A stretch of DNA of 63,282 nt, filler included, from Reticulomyxa filosa (lineage: Eukaryota > Protista > Foraminifera), in NCBI GenBank assembly GCA_000512085.1. It is 20 parts of 20 records of this genome, joined end to end, with 100 filler letters (N's around TTAATTAATTAA, not from the genome) between each part and the next. Parts side by side here need not be neighbours in the genome. Positions count along the whole stretch, not along the records: positions 27,586 to 29,908 come from ASPP01027059.1; positions 30,009 to 31,068 come from ASPP01042634.1; positions 31,169 to 32,893 come from ASPP01028681.1; positions 32,994 to 34,263 come from ASPP01023468.1; positions 34,364 to 35,442 come from ASPP01009409.1; positions 35,543 to 36,964 come from ASPP01012544.1; positions 37,065 to 42,050 come from ASPP01002194.1; positions 42,151 to 44,382 come from ASPP01006668.1; 12 more parts are not named here. One strand, written 5' to 3'. The notes beneath the pieces are model-generated. The model had not been told where the DNA came from and searched no databases. It was given only the letters and a program-made list of their open reading frames with translations. Positions within the stretch are counted from its first letter, which is position 1. The number at the start of each line of letters is the position of its first letter. Both the position numbers and the translations under genes were made by a program. Of the stretch, positions 27,620-42,165 are shown piece by piece.

Positions 27620-29037
27620 GAGATTTGTTTAATTGGATCAAAAGGTCACTAAATAATAGTGTACCCAATATGAGGTCACTAATGCTCCAAATGATCGAAA
27701 GTGTTGGAATTCTGCACGCTGCTGGATACTGCCATTTGGACATAAGTCCGGAGAACTTTTTGATGTGTGAGAACAACACAGTCATCAAACTGATCGACTT
27801 TGGGGCCGCAAGGAAGCTGTTGCCAAGACAAGACGACCTGTATCCACCACCCAAGCGCGGTGAAGACCGACCCGGTAAAAACAGCTACCGCGCTCCGGAA
27901 ATTCAGAATAAGCAATGGTTTAATGGGATGAAGGCCGATATCTGGTCGTTGGGTGTGGTCATGTTTACCAGTTTTGTCTCACTTTTTTTTTTTTTTTTTT
28001 TTCTATAATATATTGAATACCTATTGAAATATATACAGTGTTGGCTGGCTATCCTCCATGGTTTATTGCGGAAATGAAAGATAGAAAATTTGCAAAAGTC
28101 TATTTCCCAGAACATGTGAGTGACCTGACGTCATCTCAGAGTTGCTCAAGCTTGGACTCGACAATGACGATGACACCATACGACGAGGATGACGACTCGA
28201 CGAAAATTGGACAGAACACTCCACGCGAGAGCAAAAACGAAAGCACGTCGGAGAAACGATATGCACATGTCGGACTCGGATCGCTGTTGTTAGAAAAGAT
28301 ACGTTTTTACAAGCTGGACGAATCGCTAGCCGATTTGATCGATTGGATGCTCACGTTGTCTTTTCGAAAGAGGCCAACGATTGTTGACATTTTGCAACAT
28401 CGATGGGTTTGTGGCAATTATCACAATGGCAATAGCAATGACAATGACAATAATAACATCGACAATAATAACATTGACAATGCGCATGAACAGATCACAA
28501 CGCAAACACTTTTGCTTCGTGATCATACTACCTTTGGCATACCAGATGCACATTCCAAAAGGGACGAACTTAAAATGGATGTCGATACCACTACCACTAC
28601 CACTACCACTTTGGATGAGACTGTCGCTAGATCACATAACCACTTTGATCTCTCCTCCGATCACTGCAAGTTCTACGTTCAAACTCCAATGATCACCGAC
28701 GAAATGGGTGCTCCGATGTATGATGATTACGACACTCGTTCGTCCAATCATAGCCTTTACATTGCAGAAAGGGGTATTGGTAATGGTGATGATGATGATG
28801 ATGATGATGATGATAATAACGATTGTGGTAATCAACAAGACAAAGAATCAGTCAAAGGATTGGATGGTTTGTTTGTTTGTCTATTTGGTTTTGATCAAGA
28901 TATGCCATTTATTTACTATTGTTGTGTGCATGACAGAAGAAGATAATGATGATCGTGAAGAAAATAACCTTGTATTTGACTTGACCCACTCTGAATTGGA
29001 ACTTCATGCATCCATTTTGAAATCTCAGGTGCTCTAA
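27620..29037 (+). CDS. Ser/Thr protein kinase (CAMK-like) with acidic low-complexity tail, 5'-partial
   Basis: HLDISPEN, KLIDFG, YRAPE, ADIWSLGVVMF, LAGYPPW and KRPTIVDILQHRW. Confidence 0.9.
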
Positions 29038-30632
29038 CTAAACTATGCACAGCTGTTGCTGATTTGTGTGTTCACTTCCGATGGGATTGATGACCTAAAC
29101 TAATCAAATGGTGGATTGCTCAAGACTTCAGACGGAGACAACCTTTGTTTCACTCTGATGCGTTTACCAACCAAAAATGTCCTTTTTGTTGTTGTTGTTG
29201 TTGTTGTTGGGTAGAGTATCAGTCTGCTGTTTCTGCTTTGTTTTGTCGTGTGATGATGATAATGATGTTAGTGGATTGTTAAGGGATGATGGAACGAGCA
29301 CAGAAAATCTTTTACTTTTGTGTTTCGTTTTTTTTATTTTAAAAAGAAAAAACAAAAAAATTGTCCTTTTGTTTTTCATTGGTGCCAACAATAAAATCTC
29401 AAAAGTTGTACTTAATGGCATCAACTTTGGTCGTAGTCTATCGAATATTGCGGCGTTAGGATAGTTTTGATTTTGTTTGTTTGTTTATCTAAGCGTATCA
29501 AGAAAACAATTATAGTTGTCCAATTGCTTAAAGGAAAAGTTTTCCCAAAATCAAATGACAAACAGCAAATCTTTAAGAATGCAGTTCAACTGAAAGCAGA
29601 GAACTAAGGAAGCCCCTTTTCTTAATAATTGATAATTGTCAAGCACTATGAGCGATCACTCAGGCCCTCCTCAAAAACGAAGCCGTTTGAACGTTAAGAT
29701 TCTAGAAAAAACAATGAGTGAAGCCAGTCCGTGTTATCTTAAAAAACTTTTTAAAAAAGTGTGAATTATATATAAAATGATGGGAACAGGTGGGTTCAGA
29801 CAACAATTTCGAAGCAGCAGCATTTACAGAACATGAAAAACTACTGTAATGGACACGTGGGAAGGGAGAAGAGATAAAAAAAAGGAGGAACAAAAAAAAA
29901 GAGGACAGNNNNNNNNNNNNNNNNNNNNNNNNNNNNNNNNNNNNNNNNNNNNTTAATTAATTAANNNNNNNNNNNNNNNNNNNNNNNNNNNNNNNNNNNN
30001 NNNNNNNNTGGTAAATAAGACAAGGAAAAAGAAAGCAAAAATGGACTAAAAATGGTATTGTGATCAAATTACATTCAAATGTAGGCATCAAACTATATTT
30101 CGATTACAGTAACGATATGATCTGATATGTATATTCAAATAGCAATAATATTCACTTATCCAATTGTGCTGGTCTCTTTCACATCTTAGTCATTCTCAAG
30201 CAAAGCAAAAGATGTAATACGCTGTGATGATAATATAAGCAAAGATTTGCCATATTTTTGAGAAAGTGTTTGATTGAGCAATTCGTTGCTGTAAATCTTT
30301 TTATAAGCATGTCGTAAGAGATGTTGCAAATAATTTGCAAATTGATCGGTCATTATGAAGTGAATGTGTTCTTAGGTGGCAGTATATGTTTCAATGGATA
30401 TCAATGACAAATCGTCCTTTTTTAAGGAAACGTACTCAGATACTTATGTTTGTCAATCCACATCCTCTGAAAGCGCTTGTTTTTTTTGCATGTAATTGTT
30501 TATTTCTGTTTTTGTTATGTAAAATGGTTTGCATCCAATTCTTTTATTTCCAATTATTGCGTCTGTTGTCTCTTTTGGAGATACATTTCGAATATTTCAA
30601 TTTGGCAAAGTATTCTCTTGACATTGTCGATC

Positions 30633-31068
30633 TTACGTTACATTTGAACTACGCCTTGCCATCTTTATGCTTTCTGGTTGAACAAAGAATCTGCGACCTT
30701 TGCTGGTGACAAAGTATCTATTGTTATTTACAGTACCGTCGTGGTCATTGTAATGCCAATTTTTTGGATAAGCAAGTAAATCAAATTGCAGTTGAACAGT
30801 CTGCTTTGCCATAAAAAGTGAATCAATCCGTGCATTGATGCGACTTTTTATTTTTGGACTTTTTGCCTCTTGGGTGGCCACTCTCTTTTCAGTTTCGACT
30901 TCAGGACTGACTTTATCGATCGAGACAAACCGGTCATATCCTTTCGGAGTGTCAAAGTATTTTTCCCCACACATCACGCACATGTTGCTGTTATGTCCAT
31001 TTGGATCCCGCCTGCCATTTCTTCAGGCGAAAACTTGACTTTGCCAATAAATATCACTTTTCCTTTGT
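30633..31068 (-). pseudogene. Degenerate tandem CAP-Gly protein
   Basis: GKVIFIGKVKFS...GEKYFDTPKGYDRFV and HDGTVNNNRYFVTSKGRRFFV resemble two CAP-Gly domains. Frames are broken. Confidence 0.6.
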
Positions 31069-31168
31069 NNNNNNNNNNNNNNNNNNNNNNNNNNNNNNNN
31101 NNNNNNNNNNNNTTAATTAATTAANNNNNNNNNNNNNNNNNNNNNNNNNNNNNNNNNNNNNNNNNNNN

Positions 31169-31650
31169 AAACAATCCTTGTTTTCTACATTTTTCCGCAT
31201 TATCTTCAAGTTCTTGAAATTGCACTGGAATATCATGGTGCATTTTTGTATTCCATGGAATGAAATAAATAAATTGTTTTAATCGTTCATCAACAATCGC
31301 CTTGCTTGTAACAAATATCTGAGTTGTAACGTTTACAAATCCGCCACACTACCATTAGCTGAACCATAAAACAAATGAACACCACTATTATTCTTGCTTC
31401 TTATGTTGTTTTTTAATTGTAAAAATTTAAAACAATGGAAAAGGAATAAAGTAAATAAGAAAAAATTCAAGTGGTTAAAAATTTTAATTAATGAACCAAA
31501 GTGTTGCTTTTCTCTTGAGTCCCTTTTTTGGACAATAGTTGACCGGACGTTAGACCATTTAACCCTTCAGATTTTGTTAATGTCATCCTCTGGTTTGTTA
31601 GATGGCTTTTTATTTGCCATGTATTGGAATTTGGGATGGTTTACTTGATG
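31169..31650 (-). pseudogene. Paralogue relic of the TPR gene at 50142-51635
   Basis: VTTQIFVTSKAIVDERLKQFIYFIPWNTKMHHDIPVQFQELED matches ITIQIFVTKNAIVDEQLKQSISSIPWNTKIHHDIPIQLQDIED. Confidence 0.75.
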
Positions 31651-32993
31651 ATAACAATATTTATCTGGCGTTCACAAGTTTGGGAATACGTAAGAAAGGG
31701 GAACTGAGTGCATATTCTATGTTTACGCAGCTCTAAACAAATTCGGAAGCCTTTGATGGTGAATTCATGATAATATATTGTGTCGTGGTGGAGTATCAAC
31801 AGCAAATCTTAACAAGACAAAAAAAAGGAATAAGCCGACAATGCAGCACTAATCAAACAAAACATCAATGGCAATTGTGCTTGCGGTTCTGTCAAAAAGT
31901 ATAAAAAATGCTGCATAAAAAAACGCTTACCAGTCTTCTCATAGCTCGACACTCGTTCGATCCATAGATGATCACTCTTTAGACTAATTATTTCATTGTT
32001 TCCATTTTTTAACCAATGTTTCCATAGGATTGGCAAAAAGATATCAAAAAGAGAAAAAAAGAGAAGTGAACAAGACTAGATATTTTCATAGCGCAACTTG
32101 CTAACTTTTGTATTTACTCTCAAATGACTGTTTGAGTCTCACTTGCATTTGATAGGACAAATTCATAGTACTATTACTTTTTTGATTAAAGCAAAAGCAA
32201 TTTAAATTTCATCTCATTCTGCTAAAAATCAGCAATATCAACGTTTATTATCCTTCTTTTTCTTATCAACTTTCAGATATGCCTATCATTCAAGAGTACT
32301 AACCACAAGCACTCTTTCTTGAGTATTAAATTGCCTTCATAATAAACTGTTGTCAGCTGTCCCAATGCACGAAACTCACTTTGACTGACTTCAAGTTGGT
32401 CTACACTGCGTGTAAAGAACAACAGTTAATGACAAAAACTTGACATATGTCACCTTATAAGGATAATTCATTCAAGCAGAAAAACTAACTGTTAATATCT
32501 ATTTCCAGTGCAATTTTTGAATATTTTAATTCTACGTTTTCTAGCTGCCTTTCTACATATTTTTTGTTGAAAAATTGTTGTAACATTTTCCCAACAACTC
32601 AAAAAAAAGTGTGATGCACGAAAAATGAAATGGGTACTTATGACATGTTCAATATTGCAGACTGTCCATTGTGACAAATTTTTTTTTAAAAAAAAAGATA
32701 TGAATGACCTCGCCTTGACACCAGCAACACATCAGCGAGTTATTACTTAATAAGCAAAATTTAAAAATCTAATTTTACCCCCTATGATCATAACATGAAT
32801 CACACTTTTTATAATTATCATTTCTTATTGAAATTTTTTTTTGACTATTTCATCAAAACATGTTGATAAATTTCATTTTTTATTGACAAAAATNNNNNNN
32901 NNNNNNNNNNNNNNNNNNNNNNNNNNNNNNNNNNNNNTTAATTAATTAANNNNNNNNNNNNNNNNNNNNNNNNNNNNNNNNNNNNNNNNNNNN

Positions 32994-33868
32994 AACATTG
33001 GAAAGCACAATTGTTGTGTCTTTTTCCAAGCGTCAAAGGTATATGTGAAATTTAAAAAAACCCACAGTGTAGTCCAGGCCTGGCCTCACAAAACAACTTT
33101 AAATCAAATTCGCGTCCAATTCTTGGAATGCGGCTGAAGCCCATCCAAAAGTCATACATTATATTACCACTCAAAGCAAAACCTATGTTTCACGTTCATT
33201 CATTTGCTTTATTCTTTGCTTGCCTTCAAAATGGCAGAATGCCAGCAAGTAAGTCTTTGGTTACACAAAAAAAAAAAAAAAAAGAACCATTGAAAATAGT
33301 TGTGATGTTTTCATCAGATAATTAAAATACTGTGAATACCAGTATTTTGTGTGTAACCAATTCCATAGGACAATAGTGCGATGACAAGCGCATACACCTG
33401 TGCAACCATCATGATCCCATACACTCGGCTCAAAATGAGATCTGACATTCCCAAATATATTATCGTCACATAAAACAAAAGATGAGTCGCCATAAATGCG
33501 CTCCAGCCGTTCATACAGTAGTGCAGACATTTGTTTTTCAGCTCTGGCAATGGCTGTCCAGACACTATCTTCCCTGGTAACAGACGGTCCAACAAAACTT
33601 GGAAAAAAAACCAGAAGGTATAAAGGGAAAACGCAATTTTGTCAATTTTGCACTGAGTCCACAAAAAATCACTCAAAATGTGCATACACGAACGATCAGA
33701 ACTATATGGTAATACTAACTGGTTCGTCCAAGCACAACAGGTAACGTAACAAGTCACCATTGGCAAACCACACGTCAGCAAAATAGCTCCAGGTATGCCT
33801 CCAAACTCCCAGTTTTGAGCATTAGCACTAATTGTGGCAGTATTTTTAGAAACTGGATTTGCAGGCAT
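32994..33868 (-). CDS. ERG4/ERG24/DHCR7-family sterol reductase, 3'-partial
   Basis: [22 protein letters not shown] and [34 protein letters not shown] 1-nt shift after RPGL is an error or decay. Confidence 0.85.
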
Positions 33869-34384
33869 GACGGAAAAGTTTTTCCACAAAAGTTTAAGCA
33901 AAGACTTACTATCACACTAGCTAGCTTAAAACCTAAATGGTTAAAGCCTCTATATCCCCAAACAACTGCGAATGCACTCAGTGGTCAAAATTTTTGCAAT
34001 AAGTATCGAAAAGCTAATCATAAAAACAAATAATCAAAAATTTCAAAGTGAAAAAGAACACGTAGATGACAGGATTTTTCTTGAGCATATTTTAATTGAA
34101 ATTTTAAAACGTTTTACTTACGAATTTGTCACACAAAGAAAACATGAATAGAATATGTGAAGAGAAGCGAAGTTTAAAAAATGTGCTGGATATACCCCTT
34201 TTGACTTAAAAGAATCCTCCCTACGCAAAGCATTATGTACCTTTTTTGTGCCACTTCCACCACNNNNNNNNNNNNNNNNNNNNNNNNNNNNNNNNNNNNN
34301 NNNNNNNTTAATTAATTAANNNNNNNNNNNNNNNNNNNNNNNNNNNNNNNNNNNNNNNNNNNNAAAAAAAAAAAAAAAAAAAAA

Positions 34385-35327
34385 GTCTTCGATTGAATTT
34401 GAGCGAATTAGCGGAAGTGAATGAAGACAACAACAACAACAAAGGACAGGAGAATGAAGTCGAGCCGGAAAGCGAAAAAAAATGGACATGTTGTCTGTGA
34501 GCAATCGTGATGACAACAAAAAAGACAAACCCGGCCACGCCCGCGGGTCGTCGATCAAAGATTTGGGAAGGAAGTTGTCGCAAGCACTCATCGGCTCTTT
34601 CACGAAAAAGGAAGTGCCCAGCATTGAGACGGCAGAGCCTTCGGTGGCGCCTACCCCTTCGACCGTTATAAAAAAAGACGGCAATCTGTTCATCATGGCA
34701 GAGCCCAACGAACAGAAGGAAGAGCAAGAAAAGTTGGCACATGACAAAAAAGAGTTGCAAGAGAGAAAAGAAAAATACGAAAAACATTGGCAAAAGTTAG
34801 CTACTGTTGATGAGGCCAAATATGCTTATATTGGAGGTATTTTCATATTCATTCATATTTATGTAGTCATCCATCCCCTTGTTTAACGATAAACAAACAA
34901 ACAAACAAACAAAAGGCGAGAAGAAGAAAGGGGACTTGAATTATTAGAAGAACGCAAAAAATTGATCGTCGAGGCGCAAAAAGATGTAAACGAAAGCTTG
35001 GACAAGTTGGAAGAGAGCAACACGGAAGTAAAAAACCACATTCGCGCAACATATCGTGACATAATGGATGTAGTGAAAGAGCAAGAAGAAGGGGCGATTC
35101 AAGACGTCGAGGAATACGCGGAAACCACCAAAACTCAATTGATGCAAATGTACAAAGAAATCATGGAACTGGAGCAAAATTTGTTTGAACATCAAGTCAA
35201 GGCGAAGCAAGCCTTGTATCTTGCGCGTAAACAGCTCACCGAAAAGCGCTCTCAAAAGAGTAAAAAGAGATTCAAGGACATTGTCAAGAGAGGCTTGCAA
35301 GAGAGTCGTGTAGATGTTCAGTGTTAA
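34385..35327 (+). CDS. Coiled-coil/charged protein fragment, multi-exon
   Basis: ORFs 34482-34886 and 34962-35327 are E/K-rich and heptad-like. May be an upstream part of the BEACH gene on the next contig (unproven). Confidence 0.5.
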
Positions 35328-35405
35328 CAAATACATGCGTATACCATTATGTTAAATAAGAGTGTATTGCTAAAGCAAACACAAAATAGGTTTGGACCCC
35401 TTTTG

Positions 35406-35442
<37 letters not shown>

Positions 35443-35555
35443 NNNNNNNNNNNNNNNNNNNNNNNNNNNNNNNNNNNNNNNNNNNNTTAATTAATTAANN
35501 NNNNNNNNNNNNNNNNNNNNNNNNNNNNNNNNNNNNNNNNNNAAAAAAAAAAAAA

Positions 35556-36936
35556 AGCTTCGGAAATAGATAAAGAGAAAAGCAAAGAGAAAAGCAAAGA
35601 CAAAGCAATAAAAGATGACATAATCCTAAGCGAAGCAGCAGAGTTAATAGCGCCGATGACATTAATCCGCGGAGTGTTCAAGCTCTATCCGGCCCGCTTG
35701 CAATTCATTCCGGACGAAGTTCAGCCGACCGAAAACATAGCCATTAATGTGACGTTGGAAGCGCCTTCGACGGTTAAGTCTGCGACAACGGCATTATCTC
35801 CCATCGAGCCCAAGACCAATTTGACACCAAAGTCGTTTTCGATTATGGACACGAATACGGATTCGTCTTTTCAATTATTGACACAAAATGGTTCTTATAA
35901 AAAAAAAAAAATTATATATATATAAATGTATATACATATACATATATAATATATATATAAATATAAATATAAATACATAACAAACAACTCCACAAAAAGA
36001 TGAAACGAATACGTTGAAATCGAAATACAAAGTTCCAGTAACGACGTGCGGTAGCTTTACTCACATGGGCGGGAATCGATACCGTATAATGTCGGCGTAC
36101 CAAGAATGGTCGTTGAAAGCGCTGACGCAAATGTACGATCGACGCTATCGATTGCGCAAGTGTGCGCTCGAGTTTTACTTCAAGGACGACACGTCGTGGC
36201 TGTTTCACTTTTTCGAGGAGTCCACACGCAATCGTGTGTTCGATGCGATTTTGCAGTGCAAGCCGCCGCACTTGCTGCGAAGCGCGGGCATTCGAAACCC
36301 ACATCAAGTGATCGAAAACACAAAGTTGCATTGGAAGTGGTGTCGTCGCGAGATTAGCAATTTTGACTACTTGATGCGATTGAACATCTTGGCTGGACGC
36401 ACGTTCAACGATCTGACGCAGTACCCGGTGCTACCATGGGTGTTAAAGGAGTACAATGCGAGTCAAATCAGTCTGAATGACGACAAGATCTATCGCGACT
36501 TGACCAAGCCCATCGGAGCATTAAATCCTGAACGTCTGCAAAAGTTTGTGGAACGGTACGAGGGCATGGTCGAAGGGACCGATGGCAACGATGCCAAAAA
36601 CCCAAACAATTTTATGTATGGCACGCACTACAGCACCATTGGCATTGTGCTGTACTATTTGATCCGCATGGAACCCTTCACCACGTGCAACAAGTTCATG
36701 CAAGGAGGCAAGTTTGATCATCCCGATCGTCTGTTCCACAGCGTCGCAGAGTGCTTCGACGGCTGTCTCAACAGCACCGGCGATGTCAAGGAGCTCATCC
36801 CCGAGTTTTACTACTTGCCCGAGTTCTTGTTGAATCGAAGCAAGTTGGATTTGGGAAAAAGGCAAAGTGGTGATGTTATTACCGATGTGCAGTTGCCTTT
36901 GTGGGCAGGTGGTTCTGCGCGTACCTTTGTTGAGTT
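35556..36936 (+). CDS. BEACH-domain protein (PH-BEACH + BEACH), partial
   Basis: AELIAPMTLIRG, RRYRLRKCALEFYF, ISNFDYLMRLNILAGRTFNDLTQYPVLPWV, YGTHYS, QGGKFDHPDRLF, DVKELIPEFYYLPEFL and DVQLPLWA. Confidence 0.95.
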
Positions 36937-37114
36937 GAGTGTGTTTTTTTTAATAAAAAAAAAANNNNNNNNNNNNNNNNNNNNNNNNNNNNNNNNNNNN
37001 NNNNNNNNTTAATTAATTAANNNNNNNNNNNNNNNNNNNNNNNNNNNNNNNNNNNNNNNNNNNNTGCCATTTAGGTATGTCAGTTTTTTTTGCAATTTAC
37101 TGTATTATACGTAT

Positions 37115-37540
37115 GTGTATATCAGTGATATCATCTTGTTCTTTGGTGCTAATTTTGTTTCAATGTCGGTGCACAAGTATTCAATTCGAGAAAACAAATG
37201 GATGACACTTCAAAACACTTTACTCGGTTCATTATGTAATTGTGTTGCAATATTGAATGAAGGAGATAATGATATACACATCATTGGGGGATTAGATGAT
37301 GAAGATACAGTAGCGTCAACTCACATGAAGACTAATGTGCGTGTATGGGATCCTTTACGGTTGGTAATGATTTGTTTATTTATTATTTATTTTGATCAAA
37401 CACAAATAAATTATATTGCATGTAATGAATAGTCAAAGAAAGAAATAAGATTTGCTATTCAACATTGGGTTCGAATTTTAAAGATAAAAGTAGGATGGAT
37501 CGAAGATTTTGATAAAAGTATTATGAAATACAGTAGATGA
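37115..37540 (+). CDS. Kelch-repeat protein 3' end with terminal GWIxxF exon
   Basis: ILFFG...VHKYSIRENKW and IHIIGG Kelch-like blades. Last exon 37433-37540 reads SKKEIRFAIQHWVRILKIKVGWIEDFDKSIMKYSR*. Confidence 0.7.
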
Positions 37541-39280
37541 AATATTTTAAGGATCATAATGAAAATATTTGTTAAATATGATTTTATTTTTCATAGTCAT
37601 AAAATTTGACAATTTTTTCTTAATTATTTCAAATTTTATGAAAAAAGGTTAACAATCAAAACAAATAACAAATAACAAACGATAAATTGCAAACTCCTTT
37701 TATCTGAAGATTCAATTACCATCTTCATTCCCAAGTGCATTTGTTTATAATCAACTGATGGTCATTGAATGCACACAATAACAAAGCAAAACACAAAAAG
37801 TTCTAAATAAATGAAATATCAAAACATAATTAGAGAAAGAAAGACATAGGTATAAAATAAAATATTGTTTAATTTAATGACAGAGCATTGTTTGAGACAT
37901 AATCTACCTTTGCGTGAAAGACAGGTTGAAGCAGTTGTTATTGTCCAAATTCAAAAGATAAACAAAGAATCACTTAAGGAGTATTAGGAGAAAAACAATC
38001 ACAAAAATCAATTGAACTGAAATTCAAAAGACTAATGCAATTATAAAGGAAATGAAAGATATTTGAATAATTAATGTCAATTAATCAAGTTATTTCATTT
38101 GTCAATTTGTGTTTAAATAAATATTCTTGGTAAGATAAATTAGAAAATCCTTTATTGGAATTGCATATCAAAAACAACAGACGTTAAACACAGAATAAAT
38201 TCTCATTTGTGATTGTAATCATCACAGTTATTGTTTACAAAGAATAATTATTCAGAAACACGTCCACTGAGGCTATTTTCATTTGTCAATCCGTTTTTTA
38301 AATTGTATACGGCCGATTCTAACTATTTTTGTTACGATAGTTTCTCTCAATTTTTTATCTTCTCCAACAAATTATTTTGGTTTTAACATATCCAGTTTCT
38401 TTTTTGATTTGATTTGTCTTTGTCAGTAGTAATGGTAATATTTTGACGATGATTGACTTATACAGAAATGTACGAACAGTCATTATTTTTTATGATCTCA
38501 TGCACAAAATATCATTAATAAACCCCTTTTGCATAGGAATAAAACTATTAAAGACGTTCTATAGTTTTTTCATGCTCAGGAACATTGAAACTCAATATTA
38601 TTCAGGTAATAAAATTTTCCAACAACGACAAAAATCTCATACAGCCTGCTTCTTTAAAGAGAAAAAAAAATGAAAGGTCTGAATTACAGCAAATTTCGAT
38701 CAATCAAAGGAAGCCACAGTGGCAATGTGGTAAAAAAAAACAAGAAAAGTTATTTTTTGTCTTGAGCTTTGAAAACAGAACATTCAGTCAAAGCGTATAA
38801 TTTTGGGATTGTTATTTGTTTCATACTATTTCTCACAGTTTTGTGATGGGAAGATGAAAAAGATGAAGAAAGGGAATATAAATAATTTGTGAATGAAATA
38901 ATCAATAATGGACAACAAGGAATTATTGTTGATGCAGCGAATATCAAATCATCAAATTAAATGTCATATGTCAGATACACTTCTGGAACTGAATATGAAA
39001 TTGTTTTTTTTTGAGGATTTATCCAATATTCAAATAGTGTTTCTTTTGAATAAGATACTATTTTTGTTTCATCTGGCTGCTCTTTCAAATGTACATATTC
39101 TTCAAAGTAAATATCATTCAAGATATGCATGATCTAAAATTGAGTTTGGTTATTTTATATCATTTAAGAGAGTCTCAAGAGAAAAACAAAGATTAGTTAA
39201 TTCCTGGCACAACTTCGAGTAATTGTATTTAACAAGAATAATTAAAAAATGAATTCTATTTACACAAGTAAAAAAAAACA

Positions 39281-40641
39281 TCAAATTATTCCACCACGTT
39301 CATCTTCCAAACCCTTTGAGTTTTTCCAAATACTTCCTTTCATTGATAAACCAGTTTGATTGCCTATTTTCCAAATATAATCCACAGCACTAGTCTCAGT
39401 TACATCAACAATTTTACCATTATCACTACCCCATAATCGAATTATTTTATCATCAGAATATGACACCAGTTTTGAGCCATCAGGAGATAAGTGAATGTAG
39501 TTAATGCGATTATTATGTCCTTCTAACACTTGAATTTGTTTTCCTGAAGACACATCCCATATTCGAATCGTTTTGTCTGTTGAATATGAAATAATTTTGG
39601 AACCATCCAATGAAAATGTTATTCCATTTATACGAGTGGAATGCCCACTTAATATTTGGATTTGTTTTCTGGTCAACACATCCAATAATTTAATTTTATT
39701 ATTAAAACAAAAGGCAATTATAGTATTATTTGGAGAAAATATTACTTCAGTTATATATTCACTTATTTTGTATAAAAAAAGCTGTTTTCCAGATGATATA
39801 TTGCACACTCGAACTCTACTGTCCAATGAACACAATACAAATTTAGAATCATCTGGTGAAATTTTTGTCCTATATATGGAATCTACATTTCCTTCAAATA
39901 TCTGAATTTGTTGATTAGATAACGTATCCCACAATCTGATTGCATTATCTGAACAAAATATAACCCTATATCCATCTGACAACAATTGTGCATCAGATAC
40001 AACATCTAATAATTTGAATTTGCCTTCTTGATGATATATCCCATATTCGAATTGTTTTATCAAATGAGTATGATACGACTTTGTCTTCTGATGAAGAACA
40101 AATGACATTTTGACGATGATTATGATAATGATATTGTGAAAATTTCACACAATACACATAATCTGAATGTCCATTGAACGATTGAATTAGTTTGCTGTTA
40201 TCAACATTCCTACACGAACTGTTCTATCATCTGATCCAGAACAAATCAATTGACTGCAATCAAATGTTGAATAATCAATACTATTCACACAATCATCATG
40301 TCCATTGAATGTATTGAGCAATTTGGATGATGAACGAAGCGTGTCAAGCATGAAGAAAATTCCTGCTTATGTAAGAATGTAATTATGAATATTTTGAACA
40401 AATATACAGCTGTGATTCAATGAAAATAAAACATAACATAATTGACAACAAGTTTGTCAAAATCATTGATCCATCCTAATTTAATATTTAATATTCGAGT
40501 CAAATTCCTGATAGTCACTTGGATCTCTTTTTCTAACTGGTTTAATCACAAGTCACACAGTAAATATGACAAAAACAATTCGTGTTTTGAAAGATTGAAA
40601 TAAAAATTACCAATACTGGTTGTGTTGAAGCTTGTTTTGCA
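39281..40641 (-). pseudogene. WD40 gene, frameshifted and apparently chimeric
   Basis: Motif exon 40536-40438; GHDDCVNSIDYSTFDCSQLICSGSDD repeats; then shifted frames of SPDGSK-type repeats ending GLSMKGSIWKNSKGL..RGG. Confidence 0.75.
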
Positions 40642-42165
40642 TTGTTCTGAGTGGTCATTCTTATTTTTCTTTTGAGCTAGTCTTAGATGGCAATGAAGGG
40701 GCTATCAAAAACACATCAACAAAAAAACCAAAACGGTGTAGTTTTTTAAAACAGGATAATTTGTTTGAAATTATTGTTAAAATTGACAAATTTTGTAATT
40801 TTTATAGAAGAATTTCAATATGTTAAAGCGTCAATACTATTGAATAGCATTTCATTAAAAAAGATTAAACATCACAGTTATTGCTTTTATGTTTGTCGAT
40901 TATTTTCTTTTCGTGGTTAATAAATTTGTATATTTTTCTTAAAAAAATGTATTGTAGTAATAAGTGTTTTATTTAAAAATAGTTTTTTTATTGGAAAAAG
41001 CCTATCTGCGCTTCTCAACACTTTCTTAATGTAAAACACTTGTTTTCAATCAATTACCAATCAAAATATTACATATTAATTTGTTATTTAATACAAGTAA
41101 ATTTAGTCTTCATGCTGATATGTTTCATTATCCAAATTAGAAAGACTTTTTGTGGACCTCCAGTGCTGTATGGAGTATTGATTTTTTCACATTCGATAGT
41201 AGTTAATTCATTTGCTCTGACATTTGATTACAAAAAAGAATTGTAATTTTCAACTGTCATAAAACAAGCAAAATGAACGTGATTAAAACGGAATCAAGTA
41301 AGATGCAAAAAAAAAACAAATTTAGCTATTGTGTTCAGCAGAGTCAAACAGATTTAATGTCAGTTTCTTCATTAAACATCATGTGATACGTAAGAAATAT
41401 TGGAAATAGAGATTTTTCTGTTGACAGTTGAAAATTATGTTTTAAAAGTTAAAACTATAACATTTGTTGTTAAATTGTTCTAAATAAAGTCAAAACTTTG
41501 CACTTATTCTGTGCAATGCGCTATTATTAATGATGGGTAACCTTTTTTCCCGACAGACTCGCTCGTGAACTAACACAAACAAGAAAATAGATTTCCTCAA
41601 CACCGAAATAAATACATTGTAATATATCATATCATTGCACATTAGGGTATCAACCAAAACATAGCATTTAGTTTTTTGTGTGTTTCTGTCGGGACCGTTT
41701 CTGACGTGGTACAGGGATAAACCTGCAGTTTGAGAATGTCAAATCCTCTTTCCAAAATGAAGCTAAAATTAGAAACAAGACGCGGCTCGAATAAAAAAAA
41801 GGATGTTACTACGGTTTGCATAACTCAATTTTTTTTTTTGCTATGACCATATCTCAAAAAAGGATATTTTTCAATCAGACCAAAAATGATACTACAGCAA
41901 AATCGGTTGAAGCTGTCATCCCGGCCTCGTCACAAAGTATGTGTATATTTGGTACTTTTTTTTTTTTTAGGGAGTCACTCTTGTTTTTTTTTTTTTGTTT
42001 TTTTTTTTTTAATTAAAAATGTTATCTCTCGATTTTGCTAGGTGTTGTACNNNNNNNNNNNNNNNNNNNNNNNNNNNNNNNNNNNNNNNNNNNNTTAATT
42101 AATTAANNNNNNNNNNNNNNNNNNNNNNNNNNNNNNNNNNNNNNNNNNNNAAAAAAAAAAAAAAG

